Notes under the pieces: generated by a model
What the model saw: only the letters and a program-made list of their open reading frames with translations
Databases searched by the model: none
Told to the model about the DNA's origin: nothing
Translations under genes and position numbers: made by a program
In this document: piece by piece, positions 17,248 to 26,560 of the stretch
Layout: every line of letters begins with the position of its first letter
Position numbering within the stretch: the first letter of the stretch is position 1
Origin: Bdellovibrionia bacterium
GTDB lineage: Bacteria; Bdellovibrionota; UBA1018
Length of the DNA stretch: 56,350 nt
Assembly: GCA_045805065.1 (NCBI GenBank)
Contig: JBJMMA010000106.1
Span: 1-56,350 of the forward strand
Direction: 5' to 3'

Positions 17248-19098
17248 ATGGTGAGAGCTGGAGCAGGATTTTTATCTCTTTCGCAAAAATTTACCTGGAT
17301 GGAAACGATGTATTCGCGGATCAGAAGTCCGCGCAAGTTCCAGATGGCGCTGGCTCGCATGCAGGAGGCCTCCTGGCAAAAGGAGTTTGCGGCATCCGTT
17401 CTCCGGTCCGCTTTGCTTGAAGGAGTCAGTACTAAGCTTTTTGAGATTGGTGTTCCCGTTGGGAAGTCTGCATCGCATGAGAGTTGGCGACGCTTTAAGA
17501 ACTATCTGGAAGCACCTGGAGTCGAGCCCAGGGATATTCGGGAATGGCTTCTGGCTGTTGCACGCTCCGATGATTCAAGATGGTTGAACGAGGTTTCCTC
17601 AGAGATCTATGCCCAGCTTATGGATCTCACGCAGTCCAGCGGACGACTGAGCTCGGATGAGCTTGGATGGCTCAGGCGATCCATGGCAGACGCCGCGTTT
17701 TCGCTGGCGCTTGAGATTTCATCGCTGACCTCTGGCGTGTCTGAGGGAGATATCGTCATGAGCGCCCTGGATTTCCAGATCGCATGCCGTCGCATGAGTC
17801 CTCAAGACGAGAGGCTCCAGGCCACGGGAAGAAACTGCCACTACGCTTTAGGCAAATGTCGTGAAAAGCTCGAGCAATGTGAAGAGCATCTTTCCGGGTA
17901 TGAAATTGAAAAAGCGCACCTGACGATCGATCGAATCGAGTTGCTGATCTCGATTCTTACCGTGACCGAGCAAGACAAGCTCCCGGAAATGATCCGCACT
18001 CTGATCGTATCCCTGGTTGAAGGCGCAGTCTCTGATCGAAGCTTCGGTGCATTGATGAAAAAGGAAACGTCACGCGCCTCCCATGACCTTGCGGAGCGTA
18101 TGGGGGTTGTAGGCGAGAAATACCTGGCAAAGAGCCCTAAGGAATACCTGGCCATGCTTTATCGCGCGGGCGGCGCGGGACTCCTTACGGCAGGTACGAT
18201 TGTCATGAAGTTTGCGATGGTTTCAATGAGCTCGAATCTCTTCTTGGGAGGAGCGCTGGCGACGGCAAACTACGTCGTGAGCTTTCTTCTCATGCAGCTC
18301 TTCGGATTCCGGCTTGCAACCAAGCAGCCTTCCCTTACGGCCTCAACTCTTGTGAACCGACTCAAGAGCGTTCAGTTTCATTTGCACAAACCCCATAAGG
18401 CTCAAAAAGTTTTGTCTGAAATTGCGGATGATGTCGCATGTATCGCCCGCTCACAGGTGGCGGCCGCGATGGGAAACTTTGGCGTCGTGATTCCAGCGAC
18501 GATACTCTTTCACTTTGTGTATCGCTGGACTCAAGGAGCCCGTTTCTTGACCGACACGACTGCGCTTCACGCCCTTGAGTCGCTCAATCCGTTCCACACT
18601 CTGACGGTTCCTTTTGCGATCTTCACCGGAGCGCTGCTTTGGATCTCCACGGTTCTTGCGAGCCTTGTGGAAAACTGGGCGATCCAGGCAGGATACGCGG
18701 ATCGTGCCTCCAAAAGTTTGTTTGGAGTCAGCTCCTGCGTGTTTCTCGGGATCCTGCTTGCGGTTGCCCCCACGATGGGAGCTGCGCTGGGCTATCCGAT
18801 CGACGTGAGACACTTTACTTTATCGACAGGCTCTCTCACTTTGGCGGTCTGTACGCTTGGATTCTCAAAGGCGATGGCGCATGGGCTCATTTCAAGCGTG
18901 GTAGGGATTGGATTGATCGGGCTTTTCAATTTTGGAATCAGCTTTGTGTTGTCGCTCACCTGGAGCGCGCTTGCACGCGGAGTGCGTCGAGCTCACTTGA
19001 CCCAGGTCTTTGGAATGGCGCTTCGTTATCGCGGATTTCCATCCCATTTTTTTATCCCCTCTGAAGTGGCATCCGTGGGCTTTTCACAAAGAAGGTGA
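17248..19098 (+). CDS. large membrane protein (soluble helical N-terminal half, polytopic C-terminal half), possibly the PF10136 'site-specific recombinase'-named family
   Basis: SD AAGGAG at 17231-17236 and ATG at 17248. The C-terminal 300 aa contain about 8 hydrophobic helices. The family assignment is from recollection only. Confidence 0.4.
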   Translation: MVRAGAGFLSLSQKFTWMETMYSRIRSPRKFQMALARMQEASWQKEFAASVLRSALLEGVSTKLFEIGVPVGKSASHESWRRFKNYLEAPGVEPRDIREWLLAVARSDDSRWLNEVSSEIYAQLMDLTQSSGRLSSDELGWLRRSMADAAFSLALEISSLTSGVSEGDIVMSALDFQIACRRMSPQDERLQATGRNCHYALGKCREKLEQCEEHLSGYEIEKAHLTIDRIELLISILTVTEQDKLPEMIRTLIVSLVEGAVSDRSFGALMKKETSRASHDLAERMGVVGEKYLAKSPKEYLAMLYRAGGAGLLTAGTIVMKFAMVSMSSNLFLGGALATANYVVSFLLMQLFGFRLATKQPSLTASTLVNRLKSVQFHLHKPHKAQKVLSEIADDVACIARSQVAAAMGNFGVVIPATILFHFVYRWTQGARFLTDTTALHALESLNPFHTLTVPFAIFTGALLWISTVLASLVENWAIQAGYADRASKSLFGVSSCVFLGILLAVAPTMGAALGYPIDVRHFTLSTGSLTLAVCTLGFSKAMAHGLISSVVGIGLIGLFNFGISFVLSLTWSALARGVRRAHLTQVFGMALRYRGFPSHFFIPSEVASVGFSQRR

Positions 19099-19874
19099 TA
19101 CGACCGGTCTTTGTGAAGGCCACATTTTTTCAAAAACCGAATGAATTTAATCTCAACATCGAGGGCGAGTCCTGGCGTCAGGGCGACCCCGTGTCGGGAT
19201 CGCTTTTAATAAGGAATCATGGAACCGAAGCACTCGATGCTTCGGAAATCCGTGTCGTTCTGGCCCATGGAGCCATTACGAAAGTTCGGAAAAAGGATGC
19301 AGGTGCATTTACCGTCGTTTCCGAGCAAGCCATGTCATCTGAGCCAGGTGCTCCCAAAATAGTTCCAGGAAGTCAGGCAAGCTTTCAATGGAAGTTTGAG
19401 ACGGATCGCAATTGTACAGTCACTGAAAAGGGATCAAGCCTTTTCATCCTCTATGGAAGAGGTGAGTCATTAGATTCACTGGGTCAAATTCAGCTCGTGA
19501 TTCATCCTTATTTTATCATTCAAGAGTATTTAAATAGTATTCAGACCCAGTTTCGCTTTGTTTTGAAGTCTTTCAGGACAACAAAAGGGTGGCTTGAATG
19601 CAAATTATCGCCACCTTCTGCCCGGAACTTCGCTTCAGTGGAGCAGCTTTTGCTATCCTTCCGCTTCGACGGCGATACGCTGATGGCGCATTACAGCTTT
19701 GATGTAAAAAAGTTGGAGGCTTTGGCGGCCACCACAAGCATCAGCAAACAAAAACGCGAATTTGAACAAAATTATAACTCAATGCAATACCTCCGGAACG
19801 GACGTTTCAACTTTGATGAGATTGAAGCATCAATCCGAGACGTGATGAATCAGTTGAATCCGGGGGTACTTTGA
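19095..19874 (+). CDS. hypothetical protein, Spo0M/arrestin-N-like beta-sandwich suspected
   Basis: GTGA start/stop overlap with the upstream gene. NIEGESWRQGDPVSGSLLIRNHGTEALDASEIRVVL resembles Spo0M-type repeats. No catalytic motif was seen. Confidence 0.4.
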   Translation: MIRPVFVKATFFQKPNEFNLNIEGESWRQGDPVSGSLLIRNHGTEALDASEIRVVLAHGAITKVRKKDAGAFTVVSEQAMSSEPGAPKIVPGSQASFQWKFETDRNCTVTEKGSSLFILYGRGESLDSLGQIQLVIHPYFIIQEYLNSIQTQFRFVLKSFRTTKGWLECKLSPPSARNFASVEQLLLSFRFDGDTLMAHYSFDVKKLEALAATTSISKQKREFEQNYNSMQYLRNGRFNFDEIEASIRDVMNQLNPGVL

Positions 19875-19890
19875 TGAGGTGAGCTGAGAT

Positions 19891-20835
19891 ATGAAAAAGT
19901 CGAAACGGGTTTATCGATTTTTAATCGGAAGCGCAGTTCTAAGCCTTGTTCTGAGTTCTTTCCAGGGTCAGGCATACGCAGATGAAACCTCCTCAACCGT
20001 AAATCCTGACTCCGCTTCAAATCCAACTCAGTCGGGCCAACCATCAAAGCCTGCCGAACCCTCCACATACGATAAAATCTCCAAACACGTCGCGTTGACC
20101 TATTTCAACGTGGTTCGTGGCGGACCCTTGAACGACGTGACTAATCGCTATCAACCTGCTCCGGACGGGACGCTGGATACCACAAGCACTCAGAACGTCG
20201 AGGGCACGGTCACCGCAGGATGGAAGTTCTCAAAAGACTGGATGTTCGGCGCTTACACCCATTTCTTTTATTCGCCGCTTGGAAATCCAACTTCGGCGGA
20301 TAATGCCAACATGCAATGGCTTGATCCGGCGCTGGTACTCTCCAAGGCAAATATGGTGAGTATCGGGGGATTGAAGATCAAAGGCCAGCTCTCTGCCACG
20401 ATTCCTGTCAGTCAATACGATACGCTGAAAAAGAACGGCACACTGACTGGCATTACGCCGACGGCGAACATTCTCTATGATATTCCGAAAACCAAACTGA
20501 CCCTGGGTCTTTACACCTACTTTACGGCTTATATCCCCGGATCAAATGCGATTGAGAATTACCGTACTCTCAAGCTCATTATGGCTCCAAACGCGAATTA
20601 CCAGATCAGTAAATCGTTTGCAGCCACGCTGTGGATTGATGCCGTTCAGGTCCGCCGATTCAAGCACTCGGGATTCTTCTCAGGCATGAATAATCCTGAG
20701 ATGGATATTGAGCCCGGAGTGAACTGGGATATCACCCCGTTCTTAAGCTTCAATCCATTCCTCAACATCTATCCGGGCAAACCCACGCTGAGCGCAACTT
20801 CATTCCAGGCAGTGCTTGCAGGGAAGATCTTATAA
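19891..20835 (+). CDS. secreted / outer-membrane beta-barrel-like protein
   Basis: Signal peptide MKKSKRVYRFLIGSAVLSLVLSSFQGQAYA. Alternating aromatic/hydrophilic strand pattern. Confidence 0.5.
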   Translation: MKKSKRVYRFLIGSAVLSLVLSSFQGQAYADETSSTVNPDSASNPTQSGQPSKPAEPSTYDKISKHVALTYFNVVRGGPLNDVTNRYQPAPDGTLDTTSTQNVEGTVTAGWKFSKDWMFGAYTHFFYSPLGNPTSADNANMQWLDPALVLSKANMVSIGGLKIKGQLSATIPVSQYDTLKKNGTLTGITPTANILYDIPKTKLTLGLYTYFTAYIPGSNAIENYRTLKLIMAPNANYQISKSFAATLWIDAVQVRRFKHSGFFSGMNNPEMDIEPGVNWDITPFLSFNPFLNIYPGKPTLSATSFQAVLAGKIL

Positions 20836-20844
20836 AGCTCTCGC

Positions 20845-21510
20845 TCAAAGAGATCTCAAGATGCTTTCGATCTCTTCGTTCCGGAGCTTTTGCGAATCGT
20901 AGGTCTTGGACTTAAGCGCGGACAGGCGATCACGAAACTGAGAGAGCCGAGTATCGCATGAGTTTGTGCTTTGAGTGGCAGGCTGTGTCTGCGTTACGGG
21001 TTGCGTGCTGGGTGGAGCCTTGGAGGGCGTTGCTTGCTCAGCAACAAGAGTCTTGATTTCGCCACCGACAGTGTCTTCGGCGCTTTGGACAGTATTCATC
21101 CAGTTTTCGATCGTGTCTTTGACTTCAGCCCAGCGAACATCGCAAGCTTTGCCGTTCGCTTGTTTCAGATAATCAAAAAGTTCCTTGGAGTTTGAAAACT
21201 TTGCGACGGGCTTTTTTGAGTCACCCGAAAAAACTTTCACCGCACGCTCTCCGGGAGGATACGCCGGGCGATAGCGCTCGAGTCGGCATGGCTCGGCCGC
21301 CATGGCGTTTGAAAAATTGAGCGCCGAGTATTTCATCGCCCAAAGACAGAACACGGTGATCACGGCCGTAACAAGAGTCCAGAAAACTTTGGTGCCTCTT
21401 CCGTACCTGGGATTTCGCCAAAGCAGAGGAAGGGCGAATGGGCCAAAAACAGCGATCCCAATGATAATGGTCCAGCCACTATCCAGCATCCGTTCTTTGA
21501 AATTTTTCAT
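20845..21510 (-). CDS. membrane-anchored hypothetical protein
   Basis: Start at ATG 21510 (MKNFKERM...). Two TM helices, then a soluble domain and a Pro/Thr/Gln-rich linker. Confidence 0.45.
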   Translation of the reverse strand: MKNFKERMLDSGWTIIIGIAVFGPFALPLLWRNPRYGRGTKVFWTLVTAVITVFCLWAMKYSALNFSNAMAAEPCRLERYRPAYPPGERAVKVFSGDSKKPVAKFSNSKELFDYLKQANGKACDVRWAEVKDTIENWMNTVQSAEDTVGGEIKTLVAEQATPSKAPPSTQPVTQTQPATQSTNSCDTRLSQFRDRLSALKSKTYDSQKLRNEEIESILRSL

Positions 21511-21602
21511 AAAGGTAATGTAGCTCAATCTTGTTTCGACTTCATGCGTTAGTTCAAAGAAAAATAGTCCCATACTCATCGCGATCGGCTTACAATAGAA
21601 CT

Positions 21603-22478
21603 ATGACTCCCAATCGATTTCTTCTTACTCTGACTGTCTCCTTGCTTGGAGTCTCGGCAACGGCTTGGGCGGATCAAATCTACGTTGCTCCGGCAAGCGG
21701 AACTGGAGTCACTGCTGATGATCTGGCGACTGCTACTGAACTTGTTCAGTCCTCGGTACCAGAAGTAGGAAAGCATTCGATCGTCCATCAAGCCAGCCAG
21801 GCAGACTATGTCTTGCAACCTCGCCTGGTTCGACTGGGCTGGGCTTATTTGATGACGCTCTCCAAGGTCAGAAACGGGGAGACCGTTTATTCGACTCAGC
21901 TGAAGGCTGAGAGAATGGATGAGCTCGATAAAGTCGCAAAACGCCTGGCGCGCGCCGTACTCGATGACAAAAACGCCAAAGCAAATCCTCGCGTGGGCGA
22001 AATCACTGATCAAGAGGCGAGAGACGGCGCTCAACGCCGCCCAGTTCACAAAGCGTTCTATGTGGGATTGGGTGGAGCAAGTCTTCAGAATCTCAACACA
22101 TCAGGCTTGGGTTACAGCCTGAGCACCGCTTACACTTTTGATCTGAACTCCGTCAGGCTCAAGCTCTTTGGCGAAGGCGATGTGAACGGAGATGCTTTCT
22201 TCGTCAATGGAGGCGTCGGGGGCAATTACTACTTCGGTGTAGAGGACGTAGCACCCTACATCGCCGTGGACTTCGGGGGCGGCGCCGCAAAGATTGACCG
22301 CGGATTACTGGATGGCGAGACCGTCGGAGGCTTTGTTTTGGGCGTTGGGGCTGGAATTGAGTTTTTTAGAACCGCTTCGGTGAATCTCGACTTAGGCTTT
22401 CATGCGGCACTTATGCTAAAAGATAACCCCATGGGCCGCCCTCAGGCTTTTACACTCAGATTGGGAATCTACTTCTAA
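21603..22478 (+). CDS. two-domain outer-membrane protein (periplasmic N-domain plus Gly-rich small beta-barrel)
   Basis: Signal peptide MTPNRFLLTLTVSLLGVSATAWA from ATG 21603. C-terminus ...FTLRLGIYF with a terminal Phe. Confidence 0.5.
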   Translation: MTPNRFLLTLTVSLLGVSATAWADQIYVAPASGTGVTADDLATATELVQSSVPEVGKHSIVHQASQADYVLQPRLVRLGWAYLMTLSKVRNGETVYSTQLKAERMDELDKVAKRLARAVLDDKNAKANPRVGEITDQEARDGAQRRPVHKAFYVGLGGASLQNLNTSGLGYSLSTAYTFDLNSVRLKLFGEGDVNGDAFFVNGGVGGNYYFGVEDVAPYIAVDFGGGAAKIDRGLLDGETVGGFVLGVGAGIEFFRTASVNLDLGFHAALMLKDNPMGRPQAFTLRLGIYF

Positions 22479-22481
22479 GCC

Positions 22482-23216
22482 ATGCAACTAGAACTTTATA
22501 CCGAAACGGCTGTCGTCACGCTTGCGATTGGCGTGCTTTGTGTGTTGCCGCTGATCTCAAAGAAAGTGCGCGCGCAGTCGGGAATTCTGGTTCTGACCGG
22601 CACGGGGGCCATGCTGGGAATCTGCCTTTTTGATCTTCTTCCCGATGTTTATGAGATGGGGGGATCAGGCGGAATCGTACTTACCGCAGCCGTTTGGGCT
22701 GTGTACTCGCTCATGCACGTTTTTCATCTCGATCAGCATCATCAGCAGAATTATGAGGGCGCAGTCGTGACACCGTCGCCCTTCTTCTTTTTCTCCATTA
22801 TCGGTCACTGCTTTGCGAGCGGCATGCTCCTGACCGTTTCACGCTCTTATTCTGAAAGTCTGAGCGTGAATGTCTATGCAGCGCTTTTGATTCATAAGGC
22901 TTACGAGGCTTTGACCGTGTCATCCATCCTGGTTGGAAACAGCAAGTCTCGCATGGGAGATCTGGGAATCATCGGCGCATACACGCTTTCATTCCCATTG
23001 GGTGTGATCCTTGCGACGCTTTTGGGATCCTCACAAGGACATAACGTCGCCCTGGGCATCAGTGGAATTGCAGTAGGAACGCTCTTGGGATGCCTGATTT
23101 TTGATTTCCTGATTCCAAGCTTCTTTCAGCTCAAGCAACGTCGCTCTCATGTGGCTTGGATCGCGTTCGGACTTGTACTGACCCAGATCGTGATGAAAAC
23201 GTTCGGGCACGAATAA
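22482..23216 (+). CDS. ZIP-family-like divalent metal (zinc) permease
   Basis: About 7 TM segments. GAMLGICLFDLLPDV, His-rich loop HLDQHHQQ, GHCFASGM and IHKAYEALTVSS resemble degenerate ZIP/ZupT motifs. A ZnuA-like gene lies nearby. Confidence 0.5.
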   Translation: MQLELYTETAVVTLAIGVLCVLPLISKKVRAQSGILVLTGTGAMLGICLFDLLPDVYEMGGSGGIVLTAAVWAVYSLMHVFHLDQHHQQNYEGAVVTPSPFFFFSIIGHCFASGMLLTVSRSYSESLSVNVYAALLIHKAYEALTVSSILVGNSKSRMGDLGIIGAYTLSFPLGVILATLLGSSQGHNVALGISGIAVGTLLGCLIFDFLIPSFFQLKQRRSHVAWIAFGLVLTQIVMKTFGHE

Positions 23217-23252
23217 TTGCCAGATCGAGCGGTCTGTGGCACAAGGTAAGAA

Positions 23253-23570
23253 ATGTTCAAGGCTTGGTCTCGCCTTAAGATAGCTTTTCTGCTCGCCCTG
23301 CTCTTCGGCGTTCAGTCGACGGCGCTTTCATTTCATGAAATGCGCCACTCCGCTGCGTCCAGCGAGCAGAAGGCATCTCAGAGTCTCTCAGCGCCTTCAG
23401 ACGATTGTAATCAGTGCACGGCTCAACACACCCAGCTGGACTCAGCTTTTGTTCAGCTTGAGCCGTCCAAGACAAGCTATTTTCCTCCATCACTGATCTG
23501 GATCCCATCTCATCGCCTGGTCAGAACTCTCCGGGTTTTCTCTCAGCCTCGCGCTCCTCCTGCGGCTTAA
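23253..23570 (+). CDS. small secreted hypothetical protein
   Basis: Signal-like N-terminus. Single CxxC (CNQC). No recognisable domain. Confidence 0.35.
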   Translation: MFKAWSRLKIAFLLALLFGVQSTALSFHEMRHSAASSEQKASQSLSAPSDDCNQCTAQHTQLDSAFVQLEPSKTSYFPPSLIWIPSHRLVRTLRVFSQPRAPPAA

Positions 23571-23637
23571 ACCGCCTGTATTGCAACTCAGCTTCGTTCT
23601 TCACTCAGATTAAACAGCACTTCAGAGGAGTGTTTAT

Positions 23638-24876
23638 ATGTTGATGCGTTCTTCGCGTCTTTTGTGCGTATTTCTGTTGGTTTGCAGCCTGGCTCACGCC
23701 GAGCAGGAGGGTGCGGGCTCAGCCACAACGAGTGCCGCTACCGGGAGCAATGCCGCCAACACGGCCTTGAATCCCGCGATCTCACTCGATGGCCTTTTTG
23801 ACTATAGCCAGTTTAACAATAATACCCCGCTTCACTTTCTCGGTGGCCACGATCCTTATCAGAACGGATTCAACCTGCAGCAGGTTGAGCTTACGATGTC
23901 TGCAAACGTGGATCCGTATTTCGCAGGAATGGCTAATATCATTCTCAATCATGAAGGGGGGATTGAAGTCGAAGAGGCCTATGCGACGACAACAAGTCTT
24001 CCCTATAATCTTCAAGCCAAGGCCGGGACATTCTTTACGGCATTTGGCCGCTTCAATCCGATCCATCCCCATGCCTGGGCTTTCGTGAACAAGCCTTTGG
24101 TCTTAGGGCGAATGTTCGGTGGCGATGGCTTGAGATCCCTGGGCGCGCAGCTTTCCTGGCTGACTCCGCTTCCCTGGTTTTCGGAGCTGATTGTTTCGGC
24201 TCAAAATTCCAACTCAGAAACGACCATCAGCTTCTTGGGCGCTCAGTATACGCCGACAGGAGAAACCGAGCCAGTAGCGCAGACCATGCGCTCCATTAAG
24301 GACGCAATCGTACTTTTGCGGTCCAATAACTTTGTCTCGGTGACGGATGATTTTTTGGCAAACTTTGGCGCATCCTACGCCGAAGGCAAGAATCCACAGA
24401 CCACCACTTCCAGAACTCGGATCGTCGGCGGGGATATCTATCTGAAGTACAGAAAGCCTGAGGAGCTTGCCTTCATCGGATTGCAAGCCGAAGTGTTGCG
24501 CCGCTCCTACGACACGGCAACCGAGCAGGCGAATGACTGGGGTTGGTATGCTGAGCTGACCTACCGCCTTCCTGAAGGGTGGGAGCGCTGGCACGTGGGC
24601 CTGCGCTACGACTGGATCAGCGATACGACCAACCCTGTACAGGATTCAACTTTGGGCGGCGCTGAGATTTCAGCCCCGGTATCCGGTGGGGGGCAAAATC
24701 CCAACCAGGGCGAGCGCTGGCGCATTTCTCCAGTCGTCACGTTTTATCCGTCCGAGTTCAGCAAGCTTCGTTTTCAGTATGACTACGACCACGCACCGAT
24801 TTTTGCACACGCTCAACAGGTTGGGCATGTCGAGCTTGAGTTCATGATCGGTTCACACGGCGCACACAAATTCTGA
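23638..24876 (+). CDS. outer-membrane beta-barrel protein
   Basis: Signal peptide MLMRSSRLLCVFLLVCSLAHA. C-terminus ...GSHGAHKF with a terminal Phe. Located directly upstream of the ZnuA-like gene. Confidence 0.5.
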   Translation: MLMRSSRLLCVFLLVCSLAHAEQEGAGSATTSAATGSNAANTALNPAISLDGLFDYSQFNNNTPLHFLGGHDPYQNGFNLQQVELTMSANVDPYFAGMANIILNHEGGIEVEEAYATTTSLPYNLQAKAGTFFTAFGRFNPIHPHAWAFVNKPLVLGRMFGGDGLRSLGAQLSWLTPLPWFSELIVSAQNSNSETTISFLGAQYTPTGETEPVAQTMRSIKDAIVLLRSNNFVSVTDDFLANFGASYAEGKNPQTTTSRTRIVGGDIYLKYRKPEELAFIGLQAEVLRRSYDTATEQANDWGWYAELTYRLPEGWERWHVGLRYDWISDTTNPVQDSTLGGAEISAPVSGGGQNPNQGERWRISPVVTFYPSEFSKLRFQYDYDHAPIFAHAQQVGHVELEFMIGSHGAHKF

Positions 24877-24895
24877 AACCCTAAGGTAACTTCAA

Positions 24896-25828
24896 ATGAA
24901 ACTTTCAAATATGTTCCAGTTTAAAACGATCGCGGCGATTGCTTTGTCCCTGAGCTTTTCTACGGCAGCTCTGGCAAAGGTGACGGTAGTCACAACTCTT
25001 CCAAGCTTTGCGGATATCGCAAAGAACGTCGGCGGAGATGAAGTGAACGCAACCTCACTGACGCGCGGGAATCAAGATCCGCATTTCGTGGACGCAAAGC
25101 CTGATCTCATGCTCTCGCTCAACAAGGCGGACCTTCTGATCCGCGCGGGCCTTGGCCTTGAAGATGGCTGGCTTCCGCCGCTTCTTACGGGCTCAAGAAA
25201 TGGCAAAATCCAGAATGGAGCGGATGGAAACCTGGATGCATCCAGCGTGATGCCGCTGAAAGATGTTCCAAAAACACCGCTCGACCGTGCTCAAGGCGAT
25301 GTTCATCCGGGCGGAAATCCGCATTTCATGCTGGATCCAAGAAACGGAATCATTCTGGCCAACGCCATCGCGGAAAGACTTGCCAAGATTGATCCATCCA
25401 AGGCAGCGGATTTTCGCAAGCGCGCCGCTGCTTACGCTGCGGATTTGAAAAAGCACATTGAGCAATGGGACAAGGATCTCAAGCCTTTTGCCGGGACCTC
25501 CGTCGTGACGTACCACAAGAGCTGGATTTACTTTCTGGACTGGGCGAGCTTCAAGGAGGCCGCAACCGTGGAGCCTAAGCCTGGAATTCCTCCATCTCCC
25601 GAGCATGTGATCCAGCTGATTCAGCTGATGAAGCAGCAGAAGATCAAACTGATTCTGATGGAGCCGTTCTATCCAAAAGGCGTTGCTCAGGACGTCTCCC
25701 AGCAGACTGGTGCAAAACTTCTCGTACTGCCCGCTGAAGTGAAAGGCAACTCCGAGGCGAAAACTTACACCGATGTCTTTGATCAGATCATCAAGCAAGT
25801 AAAGACAGCTTTGAGTGCCTCTCACTAA
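24896..25828 (+). CDS. metal (zinc/manganese) ABC-type substrate-binding protein, ZnuA/TroA family
   Basis: KVTVVTTLPSFADIAKNVGGDEV, GNQDPHFVDAKP, DVHPGGNPHFMLDP and VVTYHKSWIYF contain metal-ligand His positions typical of the ZnuA family (PF01297). Confidence 0.8.
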   Translation: MKLSNMFQFKTIAAIALSLSFSTAALAKVTVVTTLPSFADIAKNVGGDEVNATSLTRGNQDPHFVDAKPDLMLSLNKADLLIRAGLGLEDGWLPPLLTGSRNGKIQNGADGNLDASSVMPLKDVPKTPLDRAQGDVHPGGNPHFMLDPRNGIILANAIAERLAKIDPSKAADFRKRAAAYAADLKKHIEQWDKDLKPFAGTSVVTYHKSWIYFLDWASFKEAATVEPKPGIPPSPEHVIQLIQLMKQQKIKLILMEPFYPKGVAQDVSQQTGAKLLVLPAEVKGNSEAKTYTDVFDQIIKQVKTALSASH

Positions 25829-25930
25829 GCCTCTCACAAACGTGGACTAACCTGCGCAGAGTAGGGCGGTATGCGGATTGCTGTGTTTAGTCATGAGAAA
25901 GTCTGGGGAAGATTTTGGGAGGGACTGATC

Positions 25931-26290
25931 ATGATTAAAGCGATGGCATTACTGTGCGCTGTCGGACTGACAATTCTGTGGATCGCTGGTCTGGGCTCGC
26001 CATTTTCCGCGTCCTGGCTGACATGGCTGGATGGTCTTTGCGCTCTGATCGGGTATGGAATTGCCTTTGCGGAAACTCGGGCGCGAGGTCCCATCAGCCT
26101 GTCGATCGGGCTGTTCGCTCTTTGGATTGTCGGAATGGCAACGAACGGAGCCACCTGGCAGAATTGGTGGAACTTTGCTTTTGGATGCGGATATCTGCTG
26201 GTCGGCTTGTTGAAACCGATGGAAATGCAGGTTGCTTCAGAACATCCTGTTGAATCACATACAAGCGACCATTACCGGAAAAGCGCTTGA
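25931..26290 (+). CDS. small integral membrane protein
   Basis: Four hydrophobic helices rich in Trp/Gly. Start at ATG 25931. Confidence 0.4.
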   Translation: MIKAMALLCAVGLTILWIAGLGSPFSASWLTWLDGLCALIGYGIAFAETRARGPISLSIGLFALWIVGMATNGATWQNWWNFAFGCGYLLVGLLKPMEMQVASEHPVESHTSDHYRKSA

Positions 26291-26360
26291 ATGAGCTGCT
26301 CATAAGCTGCTGATGCAGGTCAGTCAGCTTAAACGACTTGAAAGCAAACAGGGCAAGTTA

Positions 26361-26406
26361 AAGCCGACCGGACCTCAGAAATGAAGTTCGGTCGGCTTTT
26401 CATTTT
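26361..26406 (+). terminator. rho-independent terminator
   Basis: 10-bp stem AAGCCGACCG / CGGTCGGCTT followed by TTTTCATTTT. Confidence 0.6.
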
Positions 26407-26560
26407 GAGTGCTCAGTGCGTATTCACTTCGCCTCTCACTGGTGCTCAGACTGATTGTACGTGAGTTTCAGCTCATGATGCGCTGAGCATGTGAGTCCGG
26501 CATATCCGTTGCTCAACAATACGCGAAAACGATCCACTTCATTGAAATGGAGAAATCAGC

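Noticed and set aside
22430-24895. Looked for a Zur/Fur-box palindrome upstream of the ZIP-like, OM barrel and ZnuA-like genes.
   Set aside because: No AT-rich inverted repeat resembling GAAATGTTATAACATTTC-type boxes was seen by eye. The Zur motif of this lineage may differ, so the absence is not informative.
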